The notes: generated from the sequence alone by a model not told the origin. A stretch of 64,000 nt of DNA from Oligoflexia bacterium (GCA_963758495.1 CAVWVI010000003.1:416001-480000), one strand, 5' to 3'. Positions 28,972-38,594 are shown, counted from the first letter of the stretch. Program-made: numbers and translations.

Positions 28972-29000
28972 AGGCTAAGCAAACTTTGCCGGAGTGTCAA
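28972..29000 (-). promoter_or_regulatory. Sigma70-type promoter of the FleQ-like gene
   Basis: TTGACA-17 bp-TAGCCT. Confidence 0.6.
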
Positions 29001-29007
29001 AAGGAAA

Positions 29008-29229
29008 CTAATAACCGAATGCAATACGAATCCATCTATCCGAATTCAGATCACCTCGAAAACCAATCCACAGAATGAATATAAGAACAAGGAAAATAGC
29101 TGAAGACCAAAAACAGTGTTGAACTGGATTATTTCTTCGCCTAAAGAAAAGGCCTAATTCTAGCAGAATAACAGAACAAGGCACCGCCCAATACGGATAA
29201 AGTCGAACTACAACAAAAATAAAGTGCAT
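29008..29229 (-). CDS. Small two-TM membrane protein
   Basis: Two hydrophobic segments; 27 bp downstream of metK on the same strand. Confidence 0.65.
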   Translation of the reverse strand: MHFIFVVVRLYPYWAVPCSVILLELGLFFRRRNNPVQHCFWSSAIFLVLIFILWIGFRGDLNSDRWIRIAFGY

Positions 29230-29255
29230 TTAAATAAGTTTAAAGGAATCTACTT

Positions 29256-30422
29256 TTATTTCAAGCTACGAAGTGCGGCTACCTGATCCATCTTTTCCCA
29301 AGTAAAATCAGGATCCATTCTACCAAAATGACCATAAGCAGCTGTTTTAGAGTAGATAGGTCGCAAAAGATTCAAAGATTCAATAATACCTGCAGGACGA
29401 AGAGAAAAGACCTCTCTTACAGCTGCATTCAGTTTTTTTAATTCAATTTTTTCTGTACCAAACGCATTCACCATCACGCTGACTGGCTCCGCTACCCCAA
29501 TAGCATACGCCAATTGAACTAAGCATCGGTCTGCTAGTCCTGCCGCAACAATATTTTTAGCTATATAACGACCCATATAACAAGCAGAACGATCTACTTT
29601 TGAGGGGTCTTTACCTGAAAAAGCTCCACCACCGTGAGCCCCGTGACCGCCGTAAGTGTCCACAATAATCTTTCGACCCGTTAGACCACAATCGCCCATA
29701 GGGCCTCCGACAACAAAACGTCCCGTCGGATTAATATAAAATTGGGTCTTATTATCTAGGAAGTGACTTGGAACCGTTTTCTTAACAACTTCTTCAATCA
29801 ACGCTTCTTGAATCTGCTTATAAGAAACATCTTCATCGTGCTGAGAACTTACGACAACTGCATCAATTCTTTTAGGATGACCATTTTCGTATTCAACAGT
29901 GACCTGTGTTTTACCATCAGGTCGAAGCCATTTTAAAACGCCTTCTTTTCGAACCTGAGATAAGCGTAATGCTAATTTATGGGAAAGATCGATAGAAAGG
30001 GGCATAAACTGTTCCGATTCACGGACAGCATAGCCAAACATAATTCCTTGATCGCCTGCGCCTTGTTCTTTTTGATTATGAACCCCTTGGCCTGCCGTCA
30101 CACCTTGAGAAATATCAGGAGATTGACGATCTAAAGAGACCAAGACGCCACAGGTCTTGTAATCAAATCCTTTTTCAGAGGAGTCGTAACCGATCTTCTT
30201 GACAGTCTGACGTGCAATATCTGCATAATCTACACGTGCTTCTGTAGTCACTTCTCCTGCAATTACAATTAATCCAGTCGTAACGAGAGTCTCACAAGCA
30301 ACACGAGACTTAGAATCTAGACCTAATAAAGAATCCAAAACTGCATCCGATATTTGATCTGCAATTTTATCAGGATGGCCTTCTGTTACTGATTCCGAGG
30401 TAAATAAATAGTGATTTGACAT
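29256..30422 (-). CDS. metK: S-adenosylmethionine synthetase
   Basis: [35 protein letters not shown]. Confidence 0.99.
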   Translation of the reverse strand: MSNHYLFTSESVTEGHPDKIADQISDAVLDSLLGLDSKSRVACETLVTTGLIVIAGEVTTEARVDYADIARQTVKKIGYDSSEKGFDYKTCGVLVSLDRQSPDISQGVTAGQGVHNQKEQGAGDQGIMFGYAVRESEQFMPLSIDLSHKLALRLSQVRKEGVLKWLRPDGKTQVTVEYENGHPKRIDAVVVSSQHDEDVSYKQIQEALIEEVVKKTVPSHFLDNKTQFYINPTGRFVVGGPMGDCGLTGRKIIVDTYGGHGAHGGGAFSGKDPSKVDRSACYMGRYIAKNIVAAGLADRCLVQLAYAIGVAEPVSVMVNAFGTEKIELKKLNAAVREVFSLRPAGIIESLNLLRPIYSKTAAYGHFGRMDPDFTWEKMDQVAALRSLK

Positions 30423-30465
30423 GAAGAATAACCTCTCTAAACTGAATAAATTGACTTGAATTTAA

Positions 30466-30594
30466 TTAAGTTTCAAGATGAATTGGAAATTTCGGCGTCG
30501 TGCCTTTATTCTGTTCACGACGTTTACGAACCTTTCCCTTGCGAGCTTGTCGAACTTTACGAGCAGTCTTAGTTTTCATCATACGTGAGGGCAT
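30466..30594 (-). CDS. Unannotated 42-aa highly basic protein
   Basis: MPSRMMKTKTARKVRQARKGKVRKRREQNKGTTPKFPIHLET; SD GGAGG; TTGACA at 30644-30649 upstream. Confidence 0.8.
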   Translation of the reverse strand: MPSRMMKTKTARKVRQARKGKVRKRREQNKGTTPKFPIHLET

Positions 30595-30688
30595 ACGAAC
30601 CTCCAAAAAGTAAAATAACGATTTAGCCTCTATGAGGGGGTGTTGTCAATTACTTAGCATCAGTTTACTTAAAAATAGATCCTGGGTT

Positions 30689-30704
30689 TGGCCCATAGGT
30701 TGCT
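30689..30704 (+). promoter_or_regulatory. Sigma54 promoter of the Tad secretin-ATPase pair
   Basis: TGGCCC-ATAGG-TTGCT, GG-N10-GC. Confidence 0.75.
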
Positions 30705-30716
30705 TTAACGGGGCCC

Positions 30717-32207
30717 ATGACTTTAAAATTAATGAATTCAGCGTGGATAGCGCTATTTCTAGCTCATCCCTGGACGACTCCTCAAGTTGAAGCCAGCGAT
30801 TTTACTCATGCCCTTGAAAAACCCCCTCTTGTGTTAGGTCTAGGAGAACAAAGACTTCTCCGAATAGAAGGCCTTCTGAAATACTCTCTTGGAAATAAGG
30901 TGGCCCGCATTCTCCCATTGACCGAACGCTTTGAAAAGTCAAAGCATGCTCGAAAAGAAAGCCTTTTACTCAAAGGAATATCGATAGGCATGGGAGATCT
31001 ATGGATCTGGAAAACGGATGGAAGTACCGAACACAGAACGATTCGGGTAGAAAAGTCAGGACATAATGACATCAATATCTTACTGGAACGAGCGCTAGGA
31101 AAGCTCAATGAAGTTGAAGTGATCTTTTCCGGCAGGGGAGTCATCCTAAGGGGGGAGCTGGTCACCTTATCAGAAAGCGCTCAAGTGGCTGCTATCACTC
31201 GACTCTTTTCTAAAGAAGTTCATGATGAGACCTCCATTTCCAATGAACTCTTAAATCAAGGACAAATGAAATTAGAAGACTGGCTCAAGCATTCTAGAAG
31301 TTTTAAAAATCTTCGAGTTGAACGAATCGGATGCAACCTCTGGGTACGGGGAAACATCGATCGACCTTCGGAGCAAAGCTCAATTGAGCGACAAATCAAA
31401 GGTATTTTTCCTTTAGCTCATACTGAAATTGAATCTCTCCCAGATCACGCACCTACGGTTTATTTTCGAGTTTTTTTATTAGAATTAAAAAAGAATCAAT
31501 TCCATAGCTTAGGCATTTCTTGGCCAGGTAGCACACAGGGTGCATTTCAAGTGACGACTGGAAAAATCCGCGAAATGGTGCAAATGGATTTAACTCTTCA
31601 ACAACTAGAAAGTAGCGGCAATGCGCGCATTCTCTCTAATCCCGAGCTGGTCGTAAGAGCACCCGGAGAGGCCGAACTTTTTGCAGGAGGAGAGCTCCCT
31701 ATTCAAACTCAGAATAGATATCATTCAAATGTCAGCTGGAAAAACTATGGATTAACTCTCCGCCTCAAAGTATCTCACACGGCTGGAGATCGAGTACGTC
31801 TCGATATATTTACAGAAGTCAGCCATTTAGATGCCCCTAGTTCTCAGGATAGAATTCCAGGAATACAAGCAAATCGCATGAAAACACAAGTAGACGCAAA
31901 ATTTGGGACCCCCCTTCTCCTTTCTGGACTGCTTCAACAAGGAATGAGAGAAGAAGCTCGAGGACTCCCCTTTCTTCGAGGTATTCCAATATTAGGGTTA
32001 CTTTTTGGCTCAGAAGACTATTTGGCAGAACGCTCTGAGCTGGTTGCAATTCTCTACCCTCATGCAGCTCCCCCATCTACTCCTCTTGAGAAAGTCTCTC
32101 CATTCATGCCTCGCGGTCCATTACCCCCTCCGCGTGATTGGCTCAGTTCCAAAGAAGAACGCTTTCTTCGAGAATCTAAGGACTACCCATGGAATGCCCT
32201 CCGTTAA
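30717..32207 (+). CDS. cpaC: Tad pilus secretin (CpaC/RcpA-like)
   Basis: ARILSNPELV, AELFAGGELP, YGLTL, LLLSGLL, GLPFLRGIPILGLLFGS; adjacent to CpaF. Confidence 0.85.
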   Translation: MTLKLMNSAWIALFLAHPWTTPQVEASDFTHALEKPPLVLGLGEQRLLRIEGLLKYSLGNKVARILPLTERFEKSKHARKESLLLKGISIGMGDLWIWKTDGSTEHRTIRVEKSGHNDINILLERALGKLNEVEVIFSGRGVILRGELVTLSESAQVAAITRLFSKEVHDETSISNELLNQGQMKLEDWLKHSRSFKNLRVERIGCNLWVRGNIDRPSEQSSIERQIKGIFPLAHTEIESLPDHAPTVYFRVFLLELKKNQFHSLGISWPGSTQGAFQVTTGKIREMVQMDLTLQQLESSGNARILSNPELVVRAPGEAELFAGGELPIQTQNRYHSNVSWKNYGLTLRLKVSHTAGDRVRLDIFTEVSHLDAPSSQDRIPGIQANRMKTQVDAKFGTPLLLSGLLQQGMREEARGLPFLRGIPILGLLFGSEDYLAERSELVAILYPHAAPPSTPLEKVSPFMPRGPLPPPRDWLSSKEERFLRESKDYPWNALR

Positions 32208-33151
32208 AAAATCCCGTCTGGTTCAGCTCAGTTCTCTTTGATCCTCAGGTCACCGATCTTTGCATCAATGGTTCTCAATCTGCCTTTATCGATAGGGGCA
32301 ATGGTCTAGAACCTCTTGAAATCCCACCTCAATCCAATTGGAACGAAGAAATACTCCGAGATTGGGTACTGACTGAACTCTCTTTCATAGGAAAGACTTG
32401 GGACGCTAAATACCCTTTTGTAGATGCGATTTTAACTTCTGGGCATCGAATTCATATTGCATTTCCTCCCTTAACCCAGCACGGCATTTTAGTGTCCTTA
32501 AGACGGCTTCCAAAGCCTCTGAGTCTCTCTCCAGACTCTCAACAGCAGTGTGCTAGATGGACATCACCTCTTTGGACCCAAATTTCTAAGGCTGTTCGCC
32601 AGGGAGATTCAGTGATCATTTCAGGCGCTACAGGAAGTGGGAAAACAACCTTGGCGAGCGATCTTCTAGCAGAAGTCCCTCCCCAAGAACGAATTATTGG
32701 ATTAGAAGACACGGCAGAACTCAATCCACGACATCCCCATTTTTTAAGCCTTGTCAGTCGTCCTCCAAACGCTGATGGATATGGAGAGGTCACCATTCGC
32801 ACCCTTCTTAAGCAGACCCTCAGAATGCGTCCTGACCGGATTGTATTGGGTGAATGCCGCGGATCTGAAGTCCTCGAACTTCTCCAAGCCCTCAATACTG
32901 GACATAAAGGAGCACTTGCAACACTCCATGCGAACTCACCTAGGGATGCCCTCAGAAGACTCGAGCTCCTGTGCTTACTTGCAAGTGGTGGCTCCATTCC
33001 TCTTTCAGGAATTCGGGAACTCCTCAGTTTAGGGATTCAATGGATTGCTCAAGTCAAGAGAGAAGGCCCCATGCGTCGAATTACGGAGCTTTGGAAGGTA
33101 GAAGGTCGCGAAGGGGATACTATTCTCATGCGGCAAGTGCTAGCATTGTAA
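32189..33151 (+). CDS. cpaF: Tad pilus ATPase (CpaF/TadA), N-terminally short
   Basis: GATGSGKTT, LRMRPDRIVLGECRG, NTGH, TLHANS. Confidence 0.92.
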   Translation: MECPPLKNPVWFSSVLFDPQVTDLCINGSQSAFIDRGNGLEPLEIPPQSNWNEEILRDWVLTELSFIGKTWDAKYPFVDAILTSGHRIHIAFPPLTQHGILVSLRRLPKPLSLSPDSQQQCARWTSPLWTQISKAVRQGDSVIISGATGSGKTTLASDLLAEVPPQERIIGLEDTAELNPRHPHFLSLVSRPPNADGYGEVTIRTLLKQTLRMRPDRIVLGECRGSEVLELLQALNTGHKGALATLHANSPRDALRRLELLCLLASGGSIPLSGIRELLSLGIQWIAQVKREGPMRRITELWKVEGREGDTILMRQVLAL

Positions 33152-33201
33152 TAAACTCAATGTACTATCATTGAAGATCAACTTAAATTAAAGGTATTCA
33201 T

Positions 33202-34185
33202 GTGACTACTTTAGAAAACCAAGGTGCATATCAAAAAGCTTGGTATTTAAAATTCAACGACCCCTCTTCTCAGCGAGCACTCTGGCTTCGTTTTACGCTA
33301 CTTTCTAGCAAAAATGGCTTTAAAAAAATTGCTGAGACTTGGGCTATTTTTTTCCAGAAACTTCCTCATCGCGAGATCAGGAAAATGGCCCTCAAACAAA
33401 CTTACGACATCGGAGAGTTTTCTCTCTCAGGTGCCTCTGGAGTTCGCATAGGCGAGTGTGAACTTACAGAAACTTTTACGCGAGGAGTAATCCAATCCAA
33501 GGGAAACTCCATAAAATGGGATCTGACACTCACATCCGGAAGAGAAAGTTCTTTTCGGATAGTTCCAGAATCTTTAACAAAATTCGGCCTCATCAAAAAC
33601 TCAATTGTAACAGACTGTGAAGAGCTTCTCATGAGTGGAACAACCCAAATCAATGATGAGACACTCTCTTGGAAAGAAGCTCCTGGCATGAAGGGGCATC
33701 TCTTTGGACCCAAAAGTGGCCATTCTTGGATATGGGGACATTGTAATCTCTTTACAAATGAAGAAGGAAAACTGGCTCAATTCATTTTTGAAGGCTTAAG
33801 TGCCCGTACTCAAATAGGGCCTCTCGTTACACCCCTGCTTTCGTCTTTCTTTTTCTTTTATCAAGGTCAAAATTATTTTTTTAATACTTTAAAAGATCTT
33901 CTTTTTCTTAAATCTTCAAACACTTTAAATGAGTGGCGTTTTCAAGCAGATCGAGGTGATATTTCATTTCGGGGCTACGCTAAAGCTGAGCACAAGGATT
34001 TTGCTGGTTTAACATTTGAAGATACAAATGGTTCATTACTTTACTGTGCAAATTCAAAACTTTCTGACATGAAAATCTTAGTTTATCGATCTGGCAAACT
34101 GGAAGCTACTTTTACTGCTCTGGGGACAGCATCGTTTGAAGTCGTATCTCGAACTAAAAACCCGTATGTACCTTTGTTGATTTAA
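33202..34185 (+). CDS. Hypothetical beta-rich protein, tocopherol-cyclase/CrtC-like
   Basis: KAWYLKFND...ALWLRFT and GMKGHLFG...WIWGHCN motifs. Confidence 0.55.
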   Translation: MTTLENQGAYQKAWYLKFNDPSSQRALWLRFTLLSSKNGFKKIAETWAIFFQKLPHREIRKMALKQTYDIGEFSLSGASGVRIGECELTETFTRGVIQSKGNSIKWDLTLTSGRESSFRIVPESLTKFGLIKNSIVTDCEELLMSGTTQINDETLSWKEAPGMKGHLFGPKSGHSWIWGHCNLFTNEEGKLAQFIFEGLSARTQIGPLVTPLLSSFFFFYQGQNYFFNTLKDLLFLKSSNTLNEWRFQADRGDISFRGYAKAEHKDFAGLTFEDTNGSLLYCANSKLSDMKILVYRSGKLEATFTALGTASFEVVSRTKNPYVPLLI

Positions 34186-34272
34186 CCTTGGGTAGGTACC
34201 CTGCTCAATTGGATAAGAACTACAGAGATTGAAGGAAGCAAGCCTGCCCTACTCACTTTTTGTAGCTTTTGA

Positions 34273-34298
34273 TTAAAAACTAAGAGAGTAGTTTTTAA
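34273..34298. terminator. AT-rich inverted repeat between convergent genes
   Basis: TTAAAAACTA-AGAGAG-TAGTTTTTAA. Confidence 0.5.
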
Positions 34299-34307
34299 AT
34301 TGCTGAC

Positions 34308-34529
34308 TTAAGCATTGGCGCAACACTTACATTTCCCTTGTCCCACTGAGTTCTTTAGTCCCAGCAAAATCAAAAGAATGGGCCAAGTAATATTCATCAC
34401 TTTTTGACTGAGAACCTCAAAAGCACCCAGGAGAAATGTTAGCCCTATCAAGATGATGAGAATTCCATTCATTTTATGGCATACACAACAACAATTCGTA
34501 TTTGCACAGTTTTTATTATTTTCAGCCAC
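34308..34529 (-). CDS. Small two-TM protein (LiaI/LiaF-like TM hairpin) with Cys-rich termini
   Basis: CANTNCCCVCHK - TM - TWPILLILLGL - KCKCC; SD GGAG. Confidence 0.75.
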   Translation of the reverse strand: MAENNKNCANTNCCCVCHKMNGILIILIGLTFLLGAFEVLSQKVMNITWPILLILLGLKNSVGQGKCKCCANA

Positions 34530-34561
34530 TTACTCTCCACGCTTGAGTTAAACTCTAGATT

Positions 34562-34855
34562 CTAATTAGACTTGTCGAGCTTTGCTTTTTCTTCTTCTAA
34601 CTGATGAATCCTCGCATTTAGCTCCTCTGCTTTATGTTGTTTCCGCGCCACTTCAAGTGCCTCATGACACCGCTTGATTGCTTCATGATCAGATGCCGCG
34701 GCTATACAATTTTTAGCTGTCTGTAGAGCGGATATCTGCGAACCCATTTCTTTAAGCATCTGCTGTTTATGTTCATTAAATCCATGATCTTTTTCATCAG
34801 CGAATGCAAACGTGGTTAAAAACACTAGACATGAAAGTAGCCCAAAGATTTTCAT
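34562..34855 (-). CDS. Small exported helical protein
   Basis: Signal peptide ending AFA; Cys pair; coiled-coil composition; SD AGGGGG. Confidence 0.8.
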   Translation of the reverse strand: MKIFGLLSCLVFLTTFAFADEKDHGFNEHKQQMLKEMGSQISALQTAKNCIAAASDHEAIKRCHEALEVARKQHKAEELNARIHQLEEEKAKLDKSN

Positions 34856-34933
34856 AACGCCCCCTGCTTATTATTATTTTTTATAATTATTAAATTAATT
34901 TTAACCTGACTGCCCAAAATAGAAAGAAAAAAT

Positions 34934-35065
34934 TTAGGGAACCGCAATACGCGATTCAATCCAATACCTTCCATCAGCGGGAAATTGCCAAGGAACTCCG
35001 CCCAGAAGGAGAGCAATTACGATTGTTAATAAAGTCCATTTCAAAAGAAAATGCTCAAAGGGCAC
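34934..35065 (-). CDS. Unannotated 43-aa single-TM protein overlapping the end of the tadB/C gene
   Basis: GTG start: MPFEHFLLKWTLLTIVIALLLGGVPWQFPADGRYWIESRIAVP; GGAG upstream. Confidence 0.5.
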   Translation of the reverse strand: MPFEHFLLKWTLLTIVIALLLGGVPWQFPADGRYWIESRIAVP

Positions 35066-36086
35066 CGATGACATCTCCCATACTTTCTGAAGCCGCAAGC
35101 CATAAACCACAAATTAAAAGACCCAATAAAGCAGGAGCTACAAATAGGAATAAAGGTTTCAAAGCACGGGTTGCAAGAAGAGCAAGCTCTCGATCTACTT
35201 GTGATCGAATTTCTTGCCTCAATGACAAAAGTGCGGTCTCCACTCTTTCAGTGCACGGACGCCCCTCCATTAAACTGATCTGCACCGCTTTTTTTATCGC
35301 AGCGCCTGCATGAACAATCACACGCTCCGTTGCACCTTTTAAATTTTCATTAGGAGCCTCCCATATGGAATACCCCCAAGCCATTGAAAGCTCTAAAGCT
35401 TCCTGTTTTAAAAGCTGACATCCCTTTGTCCAAGCCAAATCAGGAGGTGTTCCAGCACGAACTAAGGCAAGAAATCGCTCACCGGCACATTGAGAACTCA
35501 GAACCCAAGATCTATGTTTTGCATCTAACCCTCCCCATCGGGCAACATCGGCTAGATGCATCAACCAAATACTTGCAATAGCAGTAAGCGCTAATGCCAA
35601 TCCACATGCTAAGAGCCAGATCAATCGATTCTGCTCCACTCCAGGCAGAAGCTGATACAGCGTCACTCCCAACACTGGTACCAAGAGAGCACACGCCAAA
35701 GCTTGTGCAAATGCTTGAGATGACTTGGCCTTTGCATCTTCTAAAGTCATGGCATGATCTTCTGATAAATGTCGCAAACGTTTCAAGGTAGGTAAAAGAG
35801 AGCCTCCACACGCACGCAGGGCCTTTAAGCTTTCCAGCGACAGCGTTCCCCAGGGTTCCGGTAAACTTCTCAATATTTCCCAGCGATCAGCAGATGGAAC
35901 CATTCCCGCCATCAGTGTTTCTTCGATTTCCCTTAATGAATTGGCTACCTTTTGAAGATCTCTTCGCTGACGTCCTGAACCCATGAGCTGACTCAATGTA
36001 GAAAAATCATGACCGAAAAATCGAATACTGAGGAATAAACAAAAAAATGAAATCGCCCAGATGACCATAACAAGTCCATTGAGCAA
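35055..36086 (-). CDS. Tad platform protein, apparent TadB-TadC fusion
   Basis: TadB-like CGGSLLPTLKRL..AKAKSSQAFAQA plus 2 TM, then TadC-like LVRAGTPPDLAW..LATRALKPLFLFVAPA. Confidence 0.7.
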   Translation of the reverse strand: MLNGLVMVIWAISFFCLFLSIRFFGHDFSTLSQLMGSGRQRRDLQKVANSLREIEETLMAGMVPSADRWEILRSLPEPWGTLSLESLKALRACGGSLLPTLKRLRHLSEDHAMTLEDAKAKSSQAFAQALACALLVPVLGVTLYQLLPGVEQNRLIWLLACGLALALTAIASIWLMHLADVARWGGLDAKHRSWVLSSQCAGERFLALVRAGTPPDLAWTKGCQLLKQEALELSMAWGYSIWEAPNENLKGATERVIVHAGAAIKKAVQISLMEGRPCTERVETALLSLRQEIRSQVDRELALLATRALKPLFLFVAPALLGLLICGLWLAASESMGDVIGAL

Positions 36087-36175
36087 GACTCATACGAGTC
36101 ATAAAGCTAAGAGAAGCTAAAAAGCGACCGAATTTCTAACTTTGACTCCAATATTCGCTCACCGGAACTTCCGGT

Positions 36176-36586
36176 CTAATGAGTATCGAGTTTATCGATA
36201 ACCTTTAGAACTTCGTCAAGTTGTTGAATCGCGGTGATCGCATGTGACTCTTCATAAAAATCACTTGGAGTAACATCTTCACTTCCATAAAAAGCGAGTT
36301 CGCGATCTCTTCTTAAATTTTTCGATATCTCGCAAAGTCGTTTCAGATCTGGAAGAATTTTTTCAGAAAGATCCTTCTTGATTTCCACTAATTTAGAAGA
36401 AACTTCGTGAGTCATGGGCACATTATGCCCAGCTTCGCGAATAATACTTTTTAATGCCAATTCAGACGCCTCTTGGCACTCTCGGACGACGTCCGCATAA
36501 AGTTTTTCATTCATTAAAGCTTGAATCGCTTTTCTTCGTCCTCGCGCTCGCAACCGATAATCCTGGATAAGTTTTGTATTAGTCAA
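36176..36586 (-). CDS. HEPN domain protein (MNT-HEPN module 1)
   Basis: YADVVRECQEASELALKS..PMTHEV..RRDRELAFYG; TTG start overlapping the MNT stop. Confidence 0.88.
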   Translation of the reverse strand: MTNTKLIQDYRLRARGRRKAIQALMNEKLYADVVRECQEASELALKSIIREAGHNVPMTHEVSSKLVEIKKDLSEKILPDLKRLCEISKNLRRDRELAFYGSEDVTPSDFYEESHAITAIQQLDEVLKVIDKLDTH

Positions 36587-36993
36587 GCCGCATTCTCCCC
36601 TATTTTTTTCAATAAGCACCTATCTGGATCATAAAGGATGTGAGCGATACTCAAAGCACCCTTCATTGCAGGCTCAATTGTAGAGAATACACTGGACATG
36701 ACTACCGTAATTTCAACAGGCAGTGGCTTATTTAAAAGTTCTTCTTTGCCTATTCCCTGGAAATGACTTTCAAACTGATCACGAATATTCTTAACCCGAT
36801 CATAGGTGAGACGGCCTTCTTTCAAGACTACCAAAATATCAATATCGCTTCGATAGGTGGCAGTCCCAGACGAACAACTTCCAATTAAAAGCGCCCCTAC
36901 AATCTCTAGATCTCGTGGAAAGTTCTTCTTAATTTCTTCCATTTGATAATCTAAAAGGGGGATAAGAGTGGGAACTTTAGTAAAACTACCCAT
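36583..36993 (-). CDS. Minimal nucleotidyltransferase (MNT-HEPN module 1)
   Basis: GS-X10-DxD motif: IGSCSSGTATYRSDIDILVV. Confidence 0.88.
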   Translation of the reverse strand: MGSFTKVPTLIPLLDYQMEEIKKNFPRDLEIVGALLIGSCSSGTATYRSDIDILVVLKEGRLTYDRVKNIRDQFESHFQGIGKEELLNKPLPVEITVVMSSVFSTIEPAMKGALSIAHILYDPDRCLLKKIGENAA

Positions 36994-37002
36994 AATCACA
37001 GG

Positions 37003-37031
37003 ATCATACGAAGAGTCACTTTCAATGTCAA
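37003..37031 (-). promoter_or_regulatory. Near-consensus sigma70 promoter of MNT-HEPN module 1
   Basis: TTGACA-17 bp-TATGAT, 9 nt before ATG 36993. Confidence 0.8.
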
Positions 37032-37118
37032 TTACCAGAACTGATAAGTATACATAGCCGTTACGCCAGCGTAAAATCCTCGCGCACCACTATACCGCAG
37101 AAGCCTTGCAATATTCAC

Positions 37119-38594
37119 CTACCAATATTCACTCACTGGAACTTCCCCTCCCACCGTCAACTCAGGAATCCTTAAAGTGGGCTGAGCATCCGTCACAGGA
37201 GCTCCTTGTCCATCTTTGCCACAAGTCCCCGTGGCGAATCCAAGATCATTCCCCACTCGATCCACAATGGAAAGAACTTTAGGACCATTGCCTACGAGAG
37301 TTGCACCTCGAATCGCAGATCCTAACTTACCCTTTTCAATTAAATAACCTTCAGTTACAGCGAAAACAAAATCTCCTGTAACCGTATTCACCTGTCCTCC
37401 ACCCATTGCTTTTACAAAAACCCCCCAAGAAGTGCTCTCTAAAATTGCCTTTGGATCATGCTGACCGGGTGCGATATAGGTATTAGTCATACGAACAATA
37501 GGCTTATGCCGAAATGACTCACGGCGTCCATTTCCAGTTGCCATCAAATCAAACTTCATCGCTGATAATCGGTCAACCATGTAGCTTCTCAATTTCCCAT
37601 TTTCAATCAAAACAGTTTTTCTTGACGCAGTTCCTTCATCATCAAAACTGTAACTCCCCCGCTTCTCTGGAAGAGTCCCATCATCCAAAACAGTAATCAA
37701 AGGAGAGGCTACCTGTTGTTCTAATTTACCCTGATAAACTGACAATCCATTGCAGGCAAGGTCGGCCTCTAGCCCATGCCCAACCGCTTCGTGAATCATC
37801 GTTCCTCCTGCTTCGGAAGAAATGACTACAGGCATCGTTCCAGCAGGTGCTGGCTTGGCAGTTAAAAGGATCTTCACGCGGCGAGCTGCCTGCTCCCCGA
37901 TCGATTCTGGCGTGACCTTGTCAAAAAACTCCAAGCCCGTATAACCACCGTCACTTTCGTAAGCAGTTTCTATCCTGCCGTCTTGCTCACCCACCACTTG
38001 AACCATGGTTTGTAAATAAGTTTTTGCATCTGATGCAATCAGCCCATCACTATTGAAAATAAGAATTTTTCGAAACGTATCCATGACGACGGCTGTCACT
38101 TGCCTTGCGCCGGGGAGTTCAGCTCTTGCACCTTGATCCGCTCTTCGAGCCAGCTCGATTTTTTCTGCGAGACCCACTGCTCGCGGGGACCTTTTAATTC
38201 GATAATTGAGGATGTCCTTGGAGGGTTGTTCTGCACGTCTCCACTCCAGGCCAGAAACCCCTCGTTTTCCCTCTTTAAATTGAACCGCCTCTGAAAGGGT
38301 TTCGGCTAGGACAACCAATGCCTTTTCTGTTAAATCAGTGGTATAACCGTAGACCGATCTACCATTAAAAATAATTCGGAGCCCCACACCCCGGTCAGTT
38401 CCATTCATGATCCGATCCACTCGCCCCCCCTCAAAGAGAATGCGAGAAGATGCACTTTCCTCAAAGAAAAGCTCAGCCAATGCACCCCCATTTCTTAGGG
38501 CTCGATTCAAGATTTTTTCAATGTCGACGGGTAGGATTCCGAATGTTTTCAGCTCTTCGGTTTTCAGATTTTCAGGCGGATTTAACTTCTTCAT
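37119..38594 (-). CDS. tldD: TldD metalloprotease subunit
   Basis: HEAVGHGLEAD, DDEG, GNGRRES, RMTNTY, CGKDGQ. Confidence 0.95.
   Translation of the reverse strand: MKKLNPPENLKTEELKTFGILPVDIEKILNRALRNGGALAELFFEESASSRILFEGGRVDRIMNGTDRGVGLRIIFNGRSVYGYTTDLTEKALVVLAETLSEAVQFKEGKRGVSGLEWRRAEQPSKDILNYRIKRSPRAVGLAEKIELARRADQGARAELPGARQVTAVVMDTFRKILIFNSDGLIASDAKTYLQTMVQVVGEQDGRIETAYESDGGYTGLEFFDKVTPESIGEQAARRVKILLTAKPAPAGTMPVVISSEAGGTMIHEAVGHGLEADLACNGLSVYQGKLEQQVASPLITVLDDGTLPEKRGSYSFDDEGTASRKTVLIENGKLRSYMVDRLSAMKFDLMATGNGRRESFRHKPIVRMTNTYIAPGQHDPKAILESTSWGVFVKAMGGGQVNTVTGDFVFAVTEGYLIEKGKLGSAIRGATLVGNGPKVLSIVDRVGNDLGFATGTCGKDGQGAPVTDAQPTLRIPELTVGGEVPVSEYW

Noticed and set aside
30423..30660. SAM riboswitch upstream of metK
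   Set aside because: No SAM aptamer core recognised, and the space is occupied by the 42-aa ORF.
36108..36137. TAAG-N15-ACCGAATT sigma28-like site on + pointing into the HEPN gene
   Set aside because: Weak -10 match and no sense gene downstream; likely chance.
37032..37118. 28-codon ORF and TTACGC-CA-GCGTAA palindrome after tldD
   Set aside because: No SD or recognisable similarity; a 2-nt loop is too short for a hairpin.
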